Shown here one piece after another: positions 10,756 through 20,317 of a DNA stretch of 64,000 nt. Below the pieces are notes generated by a model that ran no database searches, had not been told where the DNA came from, and saw only the letters and a program-made list of their open reading frames with translations. Position 1 is the stretch's first letter; every line of letters starts with the position of its first letter. The position numbers and the translations under genes are program-made. The DNA is from Candidatus Deferrimicrobiaceae bacterium (GTDB lineage: Bacteria > Desulfobacterota > Deferrimicrobia > Deferrimicrobiales > Deferrimicrobiaceae), in assembly GCA_963792415.1 (NCBI GenBank), contig CAWBVY010000001.1, forward strand, positions 224,001-288,000. The letters are read 5' to 3'.

Positions 10756-11672
10756 GGAGATATCTCCTCGGCCGCCTCCTCCGAACCATCCCCGTGGTGT
10801 TCGGGGTGGTGACCGTCGTCTTCCTTCTGATCCACCTTCTGCCGGGGGATCCCGTGGAGATCATGCTCGGGGAGAGCGCCGTCCCCGCGCAGAAGGAGGA
10901 ACTGCGCCGGGAGCTTCACCTCGACCGGCCGATCCTTTCGCAGTACGCCTCGTTTCTCGCCGGGATCCCGCGCGGGGACCTCGGGGTGTCGTTCCGCAGC
11001 CGGGAGCCGGTCCTCGGGGAGATCGCCCGACGGATCCCCGCCACCGTCCTCCTCGCGGCGACGTCCATCACCGTGGCGGTCCTCGTCGCAGTGCCGCTCG
11101 GGGCGCTGGCGGCGATGCGGCGTGGAAAGGCCGCGGACTACCTTTCGGGATTCGCCGCGATGCTCTCCCTGTCCATCCCGAACTTCCTCCTCGGTCCGTT
11201 GCTCGTGCTCCTCTTCTCCGTGCAGCTCGGGCTCCTCCCCGTGTCGGGGTACGGCGCGGGGCGTCCGCTGGCGCTGCCGGCCGTCACCCTCGGGACGGGG
11301 ATGGCCGCGCTGCTGACGCGGATGGTCCGGGCGACGCTGCTGGAGGAACTCCGGAAGGAGTACGTGACGGCCGCGATCGCGCGGGGCCTGCCGTACCGGT
11401 CCGCCGTCGCCCGCCACGCGTTGCGCAACGCGCTCGTCCCCGTCGTCACGGCGCTGGGGCTGTCGTTCGGCGCGGTGCTCGCCGGGAGCGTCATCACCGA
11501 GACGATCTTCTCGTGGCCCGGGATCGGCCGCCTGCTGATCCAGGCGATCGACGCGCGGGACTATCCCCTCGTCCAGGGGTGCGTCCTCGTCATCGCGCTC
11601 TCCACCGTGGCGGTGAACCTGGCGACGGACATCCTTTGCGCCCGCCTTGACCCGAGGATCCGCTATGAATGA
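10752..11672 (+). CDS. peptide ABC transporter permease (DppB/OppB-like)
   Basis: PGDPVEIMLG, GDLGVSF, EAA loop YVTAAIARGL, ETIFSWPGIG; GTGA-coupled. Confidence 0.93.
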   Translation: MRRYLLGRLLRTIPVVFGVVTVVFLLIHLLPGDPVEIMLGESAVPAQKEELRRELHLDRPILSQYASFLAGIPRGDLGVSFRSREPVLGEIARRIPATVLLAATSITVAVLVAVPLGALAAMRRGKAADYLSGFAAMLSLSIPNFLLGPLLVLLFSVQLGLLPVSGYGAGRPLALPAVTLGTGMAALLTRMVRATLLEELRKEYVTAAIARGLPYRSAVARHALRNALVPVVTALGLSFGAVLAGSVITETIFSWPGIGRLLIQAIDARDYPLVQGCVLVIALSTVAVNLATDILCARLDPRIRYE

Positions 11673-12516
11673 GGAATCCGGGTTCCTCGCCCTGATCCGC
11701 CGAACGGGCCGGCACCGGGGCGCCGCCGTCGGGATGGCCCTCCTCGTCCTGTTCCTCCTCGCCGCCGTCTTCGCGCCGGTGATCGCGCCGGGCGACCCGC
11801 TTGCCCAACAGCTCGACGAGGGACTGTCGGGACCTTCGGCTTCCCACTGGCTGGGGCAGGACAAGTTCGGGCGCGACGTTCTTTCCCGGCTGATCCACGG
11901 GGCCCGCCTCTCCCTCGCCGTCGGGTTGGGGACGGTCGGCATCTCGCTCCTCATCGGCCTTGCCGCCGGATCCCTCGCCGGCTTCCTCGGCGGCGCCGTC
12001 GACCGGGTCTTCACCGGCGCCTGCGACGTCCTGCTGGCGTTCCCGGGGATCCTGCTCGCCATCGGGATCGCCGCCGTGCGCGGTCCCTCGTTCGGGAACG
12101 TCCTGTTCGCCCTTTCGGTCCTCGGGTGGGTGGGGTACGCCCGGGTGATCCGCGCGCAGGTGCTCTCCGTGAAAACGAGGGAGTTCGTCGAGTCGGCCCG
12201 CGCCGTCGGCGGTTCCCCTGCGCGCCTGCTCCTGCGCCACATCCTCCCCAACGCGATCTCCCCGATCCTCGTCGAGGCGACCTTCGGGATCGCCCGCGCC
12301 ATCGTCGCGGAGGCGGGACTCTCCTTCCTGGGGCTGGGCGTCGCGCCGCCGGCGGCGTCGTGGGGGTCGATGATCGGCGAGGGCAGGCACTTCCTGTTCA
12401 TCGCGCCGCACCTCGTGACCGCACCCGGCGCCGCGATCCTTCTCACGGTGATGGCGTTCAACTTCGTGGGGGACGGGCTGCGCGACGCACTCGACGTGCG
12501 GGTCGAAACGGGGTAG
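11665..12516 (+). CDS. peptide ABC transporter permease (DppC/OppC-like)
   Basis: HWLGQDKFGRDV, EFVESARAVG, HILPN, EAGLSFLGLG, GDGLRDALD. Confidence 0.93.
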   Translation: MNEESGFLALIRRTGRHRGAAVGMALLVLFLLAAVFAPVIAPGDPLAQQLDEGLSGPSASHWLGQDKFGRDVLSRLIHGARLSLAVGLGTVGISLLIGLAAGSLAGFLGGAVDRVFTGACDVLLAFPGILLAIGIAAVRGPSFGNVLFALSVLGWVGYARVIRAQVLSVKTREFVESARAVGGSPARLLLRHILPNAISPILVEATFGIARAIVAEAGLSFLGLGVAPPAASWGSMIGEGRHFLFIAPHLVTAPGAAILLTVMAFNFVGDGLRDALDVRVETG

Positions 12517-12528
12517 ATTTTCGGGACG

Positions 12529-13668
12529 ATGAAGAATGGATCGGAAACCATCGCCTCCCCCCTGTGGGTCGGCTTCGACGGGAAGTCGCTCCCCGCCCCG
12601 CTGTCGGGATGGCTCGCGCGCGGGCAGGTCGGGGGCGTCGTCCTCTACTCCCGCAATATCGAGAGCCCCGACCAGGTGCGCGGATTGTGCAGAGAGATCC
12701 GATCCGCCGCGGGCCGCGGCAATCCCCCCCCGCTGATCGCCGTCGACCAGGAGGGAGGCCGCGTGGCGCGTTTCAAGGAGCCCCCGTTCACCTGGTTTCC
12801 GCCGGCCCGCGCCTGCTCCCTCTTCTGCTGCCGGAACGAGAGCCTGGCGGAAGCCGTGGGCGCCGCGACCGCCGCCGAACTCCGCGCGGTCGGGATCGAC
12901 GTGGACTTCGCCCCGGTCCTCGACGTGGACAGCAACCCGGCAAACCCGGTGATCGGCGACCGGGCCTTTTCCGGGGACCCGCACACCGCGGCCGCTCTCG
13001 GGATCTCGTTCGCGAAAGGTTTGCTCTCCCGTGGGATCCTCCCGGTCGGGAAACATTTCCCGGGGCACGGAGACACGTCCGCCGACTCCCATGAAGAGCT
13101 GCCGGTCGTCCGCGCGGGAATGCGGACGCTCCTTCGCCGCGAACTGCTCCCCTTCCGCCGCGCCGCGCGCGCGGGGATCCCGGCGCTCATGACCGCCCAC
13201 GTGGTGTATACCGCGCTCGACCGCGCCCTGCCGGCCACCCTGTCCCGGAAGATCCTTCACGACCTGTTGCGGGAACGCCTGCGGTTTCGCGGGGCGCTCT
13301 TTTCCGACGCGCTGGAGATGAAGGCGATCGCGGACCGGTACGGCCTCGGGGAGGCGGCGGCCCTCGCCGTGACGGCCGGGTGCGACGTCGTGCTCGTTTG
13401 CCGTGGAGAAAACGACCAGGCGGAGGCGATCGACCGCCTGGCCCGGGAGACTATTGACCGTCCGGCGTTCCGGCGGGCGGTGGCGGCGGCGGCGGTTCGA
13501 TCGGGGAGGCTTCGTGCGTGGGCGGCGGCGAAAGAACGTTGTCGCCCGGCACCCCGGGCGGTGGGAGCGGCGCGGCATCGGCTGCTTTCATCACTTCTGC
13601 GGGAGGCTTGGGAAAGTGCCGGGCAAACCTTTCCGGCCGGTAAATCCGGTAATATTGGAGAAGGTTGA
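12529..13668 (+). CDS. nagZ: beta-N-acetylhexosaminidase (GH3)
   Basis: DQEGGRVAR, KHFPGHG..DSH NagZ signature, SDALEMKA. Confidence 0.92.
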   Translation: MKNGSETIASPLWVGFDGKSLPAPLSGWLARGQVGGVVLYSRNIESPDQVRGLCREIRSAAGRGNPPPLIAVDQEGGRVARFKEPPFTWFPPARACSLFCCRNESLAEAVGAATAAELRAVGIDVDFAPVLDVDSNPANPVIGDRAFSGDPHTAAALGISFAKGLLSRGILPVGKHFPGHGDTSADSHEELPVVRAGMRTLLRRELLPFRRAARAGIPALMTAHVVYTALDRALPATLSRKILHDLLRERLRFRGALFSDALEMKAIADRYGLGEAAALAVTAGCDVVLVCRGENDQAEAIDRLARETIDRPAFRRAVAAAAVRSGRLRAWAAAKERCRPAPRAVGAARHRLLSSLLREAWESAGQTFPAGKSGNIGEG

Positions 13669-15718
13669 GGAAGACGTACCGCATGTAGGAGCGCGTCTCG
13701 CGGTAGGAGATCCGTTCGAGAAACGCCGCCGGATCGCCGTTCGACGGTTTCCACCACCGTTCCACCGCCGCCTCCCCCGCGTTGTACGCCGCCACCGCAC
13801 GGAAGTAGTCCCCCCCGTATCCCTTCATCAGGCCTGACAGGTACGCCGCGCCGAGACGGATGTTCACGTCCGGACGCAGCAGATCGTTCCTGTGGGGCTT
13901 CGGCATCTTCTCCTTCCGCGCCACCTCCGCCGCCGTCCGGGGCATCAGCTGCATCAGTCCCACGGCGCCGGCGGAGGAGAGGACGTCCGACTGGAAACGC
14001 GACTCCTGGCGGATGACCGCGTTGAGGAGGAACGGGTCGATCCCGGAGCGTCGGCGATCGCAATCCGGGAGGAACTCGGGGGCGATAGGATACTGGATCT
14101 GATCCGTGAGCCCCGGGCGCTCCGGGTCGAGGCGGACGTTCGCCGTTTCGCGGATCGCCCCTTTCAGGTCGCCGGCAAGGTACCGGAAGAGGCCCTGCGT
14201 CCCGCCGTCTCCCGTCCCGATCGCCTTCCGCGCCGCCGCGCGGTCGACCAGCGAAGCCTCGAGGACGGCGTAGTCGATCACCCCCAGGAGAGTGAGCCGT
14301 TCCGCCCGCCGGACCCTCTCGGCGTCGTCCGCTCCCCAGTCCGCCTGGTGGATCCGCTCCCAAAGCCGGGCCCGCTCCTCGCCGCACGCCTTCGTCTCCT
14401 CGCTGGAGGGAGCGTCGAGGAACCGGAACGCTTCCTCTCCCCGCTCCCTCGTTGCGAAGATCCCGTAGATTCCGGCGAACGCGTCTCCGCCGAGATCCGC
14501 GAAGATCGGCTCCGCCTCGGCTCCCCTGCCGGCGTCGCGAAGCGCCCTCGCCTTCCAGTACCGGTGCCGGGCGCGCTCCACCGTTCCGCCCCCCCCGGTC
14601 TCCCCGACTTCGAACGCAGCGATCGCCTCGGCGAGTCGTCCCGTCCGATACAACCCGTAGGCGTAGCGGAACCGCGCTTCCTGCCGGATCGAATCGTTCC
14701 CCGCGTTCCCCAGGCGCCCGAACGATTCGGTCGCCCCCGCGAGATCCCCCTCGTCCTCGGCAATCCACGCCGCAAAGTAGCGGGCCCGGTCCGCCGTCCC
14801 CGGAAGGGCATCCCCCTCCGCGATTTCGAGAAACTCCTTGCGCGCCTCGGCGAGGCGTCCGGCCTTCCAATCGACCCGTGCGCGGAGAAAGCGGGCCTCC
14901 GACCGGAACGCCGGGGGTGCGTCCGCCAGGTGCTTTTCCAGAAGCGCGGCCGCCGCCGTGGTATCCCCCTTCTTCCTGAGGAACTCGCCATAGTCGAGGA
15001 CCAGGGCGAAATACTCCTCCGAAGCGGGGAATCGGGCGACCGCCTCTTCGAAGAGCGCCCTCGCCCGTTCCGCTTCCCCGGCCAGTGCGGCCGCCTTGGC
15101 GAACTTCGCGTAGAACCCGGGCGACAGGCTCCATCCCGTCAGCAGGCCGTCGGCCCGCCACTCCCAAAGGCGATCGAAGGAGAGGATCCCGGCCTCCCGT
15201 GCCGCGTATGCCGAGAAATTCTCCAGGTGCAGCGCCGCCGCTTGCGGCGTGGGGGACCCGTCGCCCGAGAGAAACGCGGCGATATACCCTTCCTCCGCCT
15301 TTCGTCGACTGCCGCTCACCTTCCCGCGGGAGAGTCCGAACGCTTCGCGGGACCCGGCGACGTCGTTGTCGAGGACCGCCGCGTAGGCGACGTCGTGCCG
15401 GAGATACGGGAGCAGGGGGGACCCGGGGAACTTCTCCTGGAGCAGACGCAACGACTCTTCCGCTTCGGGCCGCTTCCCCTCGCGCGCGGCGGCCTCCCCG
15501 CCGAAGTACACCACGTAATCCCCGAGGTCGTATTCGAGGGGAGGAATCGTCGCGAATGCCGCGCGGGCCTCCGCGTTCTGTTCCTTCTGCAGAAGGGACC
15601 ACCCCTCCCGAAACGCGGCGTCGTGTCCCGGCACGGAAGCGGAGGCGACCGCGAAATCCGGGCACAGGGAGAGGAAGGCGAGAATCCAGAGCATGTGAAG
15701 TCGTTTCGGCAACGGCAC
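13451..15718 (-). CDS. soluble lytic murein transglycosylase (Slt70-like, TPR/helical N-terminus)
   Basis: signal peptide; RQESRF catalytic Glu, GAVGLMQLMP, AAYNAG, ETRSY. Confidence 0.9.
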   Translation of the reverse strand: MPLPKRLHMLWILAFLSLCPDFAVASASVPGHDAAFREGWSLLQKEQNAEARAAFATIPPLEYDLGDYVVYFGGEAAAREGKRPEAEESLRLLQEKFPGSPLLPYLRHDVAYAAVLDNDVAGSREAFGLSRGKVSGSRRKAEEGYIAAFLSGDGSPTPQAAALHLENFSAYAAREAGILSFDRLWEWRADGLLTGWSLSPGFYAKFAKAAALAGEAERARALFEEAVARFPASEEYFALVLDYGEFLRKKGDTTAAAALLEKHLADAPPAFRSEARFLRARVDWKAGRLAEARKEFLEIAEGDALPGTADRARYFAAWIAEDEGDLAGATESFGRLGNAGNDSIRQEARFRYAYGLYRTGRLAEAIAAFEVGETGGGGTVERARHRYWKARALRDAGRGAEAEPIFADLGGDAFAGIYGIFATRERGEEAFRFLDAPSSEETKACGEERARLWERIHQADWGADDAERVRRAERLTLLGVIDYAVLEASLVDRAAARKAIGTGDGGTQGLFRYLAGDLKGAIRETANVRLDPERPGLTDQIQYPIAPEFLPDCDRRRSGIDPFLLNAVIRQESRFQSDVLSSAGAVGLMQLMPRTAAEVARKEKMPKPHRNDLLRPDVNIRLGAAYLSGLMKGYGGDYFRAVAAYNAGEAAVERWWKPSNGDPAAFLERISYRETRSYMRYVFLNLLQYYRIYRPERFARHFPKPPAEVMKAADAAPLPPPGVPGDNVLSPPPTHEASPIEPPPPPPPAGTPDGQ

Positions 15719-15849
15719 CTCCAGGCGGCAACTGCCCGGAGGCAGACCGTCATGATATTATCGCGAAGTAGAGCGCAATAACACAAGGTTCGTGCAGCGT
15801 CTCGCACATATCAGGACATTTGCCGGCCGCTGCGCCCGGGAAGGACTCC

Positions 15850-16695
15850 TTGAACGTTTCCCTGTCGACGCACCTGTTCGCCTTCCACGACCTGGACGAG
15901 GCGATTTTTCCGCTCTTTCCCCGGTACGGTTTCTCCCTCGCGGAGATCTGGGCGATGCCGCCCCACTTCCCGTCCGGCGACTTCACGGCCGCCGACGCGG
16001 TCGCCCGGCGGATGGCTTCGCTCGGCATCCGTGTGGCGAGCGTCCATGCTCCCCTGTACCCGGACGTCCGGACGTACAAGAAGGACCGATGGTACTCCCT
16101 CTCCTCCGTGGACGAGGCGCACCGCCTCGAGTCCGTCGCGGTGACCGCACGGGTCGCCGGGTGGCTGGCGCGCAACGGCGGGGGAACGGTCGTCCTCCAC
16201 ACCTCGTTTCCTGCCGGACAGTGGTACCCGCACCGGTGGGGCGCCTTCCTCTCCTCGATGAACGAGCTCCTCGACGCCGTCCCCGCCGGCGTCCGCTTCG
16301 CGGTAGAGAACACCCCGGTCGACTCCGGCCAGGTGGGCGTCATCCTCGACATCGTGGAACGGTACCCGGCGGAGAGGGTGGGCGTCTGCCTGGACCTCGG
16401 CCATGCGCACATCGAGGAGAACGTGCTTTCCGCCGTGCGCGCGGCGGGTCCCCGCCTGATCCACGTCCACGCCTCGGACAACCGCGGGGAAAAGGACGAA
16501 CACCTCGTTCCGGGAAAGGGGGGGATCCCGTGGAACGGCGTCACGGCCGCGCTTCGGGAAGCCGGCTTCGGCGGTCCCTTCACCGTGGAGCTTCGGGACT
16601 ACACACGCGGGGAGAAGCCGGCGTACAAGGACTTCGACCGGATCCTCGCCGAGTGCCGCGCCTCCCTCGACCGGATGTTCCGGGAAACCCCGTGA
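15850..16695 (+). CDS. sugar phosphate isomerase/epimerase-like TIM barrel (AP endonuclease 2 / xylose isomerase-like family)
   Basis: metal ligands VEN, LDLGH, HVHASD, TVE; TTG start after AAGGA. Confidence 0.82.
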   Translation: MNVSLSTHLFAFHDLDEAIFPLFPRYGFSLAEIWAMPPHFPSGDFTAADAVARRMASLGIRVASVHAPLYPDVRTYKKDRWYSLSSVDEAHRLESVAVTARVAGWLARNGGGTVVLHTSFPAGQWYPHRWGAFLSSMNELLDAVPAGVRFAVENTPVDSGQVGVILDIVERYPAERVGVCLDLGHAHIEENVLSAVRAAGPRLIHVHASDNRGEKDEHLVPGKGGIPWNGVTAALREAGFGGPFTVELRDYTRGEKPAYKDFDRILAECRASLDRMFRETP

Positions 16696-17780
16696 CGGAG
16701 GGGGTCGACCTCGCGGCGCTGCGCGCCGGGCTCGCCGCCCTCTTCCCCGGCACGGACCCGATGTCGGCCAAGGTGTCCGAACTCGCGGGGGACGCATCCA
16801 CCCGCCGTTACTACCGCGTCGGGATCGCCCCCGGGGCCCCCGTCCCGTCCGTCGTCGTGATGCGGTACCCGGACGCGCCGCCGCCGGAGGAGGAGCTCCC
16901 CTTCCTGAACGTCCACCGCTACCTGGCGGCCGCCGGGGTCCCAGTCCCTGTCGTGTACCGTTCCGACCCGAAGGCGAACCTCCTTTTCCTCGAGGACGCG
17001 GGGGATACGATGCTGGAGGACGCGGTCCGCGACCTTGGCGTGAACGGCTCCCTGCCGCTCTACGAGCAGTGCGTGGAGATCCTGGTCCGGATCCAGTCCG
17101 AGGGTACCGCCGCGCTCGACGGAAAGGCGATCCCCGCGCGGCTCGCCTTCGACGTCGCGAAATTCACCGGGGAGATCGACTTCTTCTTCCGGCACGCCGT
17201 GCGGGAATTCGGCGGGATCCCGCTGTCCGATCGGGAAGAGCGGGCGATCGGGGACCTTTTCCACCCGTTCCTCGAGCAGCTGTCCGCCTTCCCGCGAGTG
17301 CTCTCCCACCGGGATTACCACAGCCGCAACGTGATGGTGATCGGCTCCGCGAAGGTCCCCGCACACCGGAACCTGCGGGTCCTCGACTTCCAGGACGCAC
17401 GGATGGGAAACGTCTTCTACGACCTCGCCTCGCTGCTGCGCGATTCCTACGTCACCTTGCCGGAGGGCGCGGTCGAGGACCTTCGCTACGCCTGGCGGCA
17501 CGCCGCCACGGCGGAGCTGCGAGGCGCCGCCGGGGACCCCGGCGCCTTCGCCTGGCGGTTCGATCTGGCCGCGCTTCAGCGCAACGTGAAGGCGATCGGG
17601 ACCTTCGGCAACCAGGCGCACAACCGCGGGAAGCGGATCTACCTTCGCTTCATCCCGCCCACGGTCGCCCACCTGCGGGGGAACTTCGAACGGAACCCGC
17701 CGATGCGCGCCCTCGCGGGAAGGCTCCTCCCGATCCTGTCGGCGCTTGCCGAAAAAGCCGCGGCGGGGAACCCGTCGTGA
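16692..17780 (+). CDS. amgK: anomeric MurNAc/GlcNAc kinase (APH family)
   Basis: LAGDASTRRYYR, HRDYHSRNVM, LDFQDA, YDLASLLRD, QRNVKAIGTF; directly upstream of a MurU-like gene. Confidence 0.85.
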   Translation: MTEGVDLAALRAGLAALFPGTDPMSAKVSELAGDASTRRYYRVGIAPGAPVPSVVVMRYPDAPPPEEELPFLNVHRYLAAAGVPVPVVYRSDPKANLLFLEDAGDTMLEDAVRDLGVNGSLPLYEQCVEILVRIQSEGTAALDGKAIPARLAFDVAKFTGEIDFFFRHAVREFGGIPLSDREERAIGDLFHPFLEQLSAFPRVLSHRDYHSRNVMVIGSAKVPAHRNLRVLDFQDARMGNVFYDLASLLRDSYVTLPEGAVEDLRYAWRHAATAELRGAAGDPGAFAWRFDLAALQRNVKAIGTFGNQAHNRGKRIYLRFIPPTVAHLRGNFERNPPMRALAGRLLPILSALAEKAAAGNPS

Positions 17781-18688
17781 AGGCGATGATCCTCGCCGCC
17801 GGGCTTGGAACGCGCCTTCGGCCCCTCTCCCTCGAGATCCCGAAGCCGGTCATCCCCGTGCTGGGCCGGCCGCTGTGCGGCCACGCGATGGCGTTCCTCC
17901 GCGGACACGGCGCCGAATCGTTCCTCCTCAACCTCCACCACGGGCCGGAGACGGTCCGGGAGAAGGTGACGGCGTGGGCGGCGAACCGGTTTCCGGTCGA
18001 ATTCACGCACGAGCCGGAGATCCTCGGGACCGGGGGCGGGATCGGAAACGCGAGGGAGTACCTGCGCGGCGAAACGTTCCTGACCGCCAACTCCGACGCG
18101 GTCGCGCGGTTCCCGCTCGGGAACGCCCTCGCCCGTCACCGTGCGAACGGCGCACTGGCCACCCTCGTCCTCCTTCCCGACCGATCGAAGCGGTACACCC
18201 CCGTCCGTGTTCGGGACGACGGGCGGATCGCCGGGTTCGGCACGGCCGCCCCCGCCGGGGCGTTCGAGGGGTTCTACACCGGGTACCTGATCGCGGAACC
18301 CGAGTTGCTCGACCGGATCCCGCGCGGCCGGCCGTCCTGCATCGTCCGGGACACGTTCCTCCCGCTGATCGCGACGGGGGCGCCGATATTCGCCTTCATG
18401 ACGGAGGGGACTTTCCTCGACTTCGGGACGCCGGCGGATTACCTGCGCGGAACGCTTGCCCTTCTCGCGGAGCGCGAGGCCGGCGAGGGACCGCACTTCC
18501 TCGCGCACCCGCGGGCGTCGATCGGAAAAGGCGCGACCGTCGGACCCGACGCGGTCGTCGAGGAGGGCGCCTCCGTGGGGGCCGGCGCCACCGTCCGCCG
18601 CGCGATCCTCTGGCCCGGCGCCGTCGTTCCGCCCGGTGCGCTCGTCGAGAACGGGATCCTCACGCCGCGCGGGTTCGTCCCGGCTTAG
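17777..18688 (+). CDS. murU: nucleotidyltransferase, MurNAc-1-P uridylyltransferase-like, with C-terminal hexapeptide repeats
   Basis: KAMILAAGLGTRLRP..PKP, EPEILGTGGG, DFGTP; GTGA-coupled to amgK. Confidence 0.8.
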   Translation: MKAMILAAGLGTRLRPLSLEIPKPVIPVLGRPLCGHAMAFLRGHGAESFLLNLHHGPETVREKVTAWAANRFPVEFTHEPEILGTGGGIGNAREYLRGETFLTANSDAVARFPLGNALARHRANGALATLVLLPDRSKRYTPVRVRDDGRIAGFGTAAPAGAFEGFYTGYLIAEPELLDRIPRGRPSCIVRDTFLPLIATGAPIFAFMTEGTFLDFGTPADYLRGTLALLAEREAGEGPHFLAHPRASIGKGATVGPDAVVEEGASVGAGATVRRAILWPGAVVPPGALVENGILTPRGFVPA

Positions 18689-20254
18689 GCGCAGGCCGGG
18701 TCGCCGGGGAGGCACGCTTTTCCCGGGTTCCCCTTCGTGTAGAGGAGGAGTGCGCTGCCGTAAGAAGCGGCAAACGCGCCCCGCCGTTCGAACTCCGCCG
18801 ACAACCCGCACAGCGTCCGCACCCCGATGGCGAAGAGATCCTCCCTCCCCGTCGCCCGCGCGCAGCGCAGCAGGGCGGACGCGGTGTGCGCGTTGGGAGC
18901 GAACGGGTACAGCGGCTGCGAAAGTCCGCCGAAATCCCCCTCCGAGGGGAGGCGGTCGAGAAAACCGGCCGCTTCCGGCCGGTACAGAACCGGGATGGCA
19001 TCGGAGAGGGCCTCCTCCGCCCACCGCAGGTACTCTTCCTTCCCCGTGGCGTCGTGCAGGTCGAGATACGAGGTGGCCATGGCCGCGTGATCGGCGAGCC
19101 AACCGATGGGGAACCTTCCCCTCTTCCCCGGGAGGCGCAAGGAATCGCGCCACTCCCGCCTCCCGGGAGGTCATCCTCTCCCGGAGGAAACGGCCGAGCC
19201 GTTCCGCCCGGGCCAACAGGGAGTCTCCCCCCCCGGAGGCCGGGGCGCCGAACGCCCGGTGCGCCGCGACGAGGCCGGAAACCGCCTTCGCGTTGTACTC
19301 GGAGAAGATCGTCCGGTCGACCGACGGCGCCGTCCGGAGCGCCCGTTCCCCTTCCGGCAGGGGGTAATACGTCTCGTCCGCGTCCTGGCTTCCGAAGAAG
19401 GCGCCGGTGGAGGGATCGTACAGCCTCGTGAGGAGGAACCGGAGGACGTCGCGGACGGCGGCGGCGAACGACTCCTCCGCGGTCAACTCGTACGCGGAGG
19501 CAAACAGCCAAAGCAGTTCCGCGTTATCGGCCAGCATCTTCTCGTAGTGCGGGACGGTCCAGTCCCGGCGCGTTGCATACCGGAAAAATCCGCCTTCCAC
19601 CCGGTCCAGCAGTTCCGATCCCGCCATCCTCCGGAGCACCGCCAGCAGCGTCTCCCCCGCCTCGTGGTTCCCCTCGGCGATCCACGCGTCCCGGAGGAAG
19701 GCGAGGATCTCCGTGACGGGGAACTTCGGCTCCCGGAAGAACCCCGGGTGGGCCGGATCGTATTGCGACAGGACGGCGTGCTTGACGAGCGGAAGGTCTT
19801 CCGGCCGCGGCGCCTCCGGAGCCTCGGACCGCTCCGCGGCTCCCGCGGTCCCCGGGTTCCCCGCGTCCCGGAGGTAGGCATCGACCCGCTCACGGTCCCG
19901 ACGGTAGAAGTCCCGGCACTTCTCGAGCAGGCCGGCCAGCGCGTCCGGGGGAAGATACGTCGCGCCCGTCAGGAGCCTCCCGTCCGGCAGGAGCACCGCC
20001 GTGGTGGGCCACCCGCCCTGGTTGTACCGGTCGTTGATGTCCGGTCTCCGGTCGGTGTCCACACGGATGGCGATGTAATCGTCGTTCAGCATCCGGACCA
20101 CCCGCGGGTCGGCGAGGGAGGTCCGGTCCAGCACGTGGCACCAGTGGCACCACGTGGCGCCGATGTCGAGGAAGATCAGCTTCCCCTCGGTCCCCGCCCG
20201 CGCCAGCGCCCCGGGCTCCCACTCGTTCCAACGGATGTCCGCGGGTATCTTCAT
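18685..20254 (-). CDS. DUF255/YyaL (SPATA20-like) thioredoxin-domain protein; +1 frameshift at 19108-19111
   Basis: WCHWCH, RPDIN, QGGWPTT, PKFP, PHYEKML; removing one G of GGGG joins to GWLADHAAMA. Confidence 0.85.
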
Positions 20255-20317
20255 GAAATTTATCCCCTCCCTGCTTCGATGTTCGGAACCGGCGGACGGT
20301 TCGCGGCAACGCGCGGA

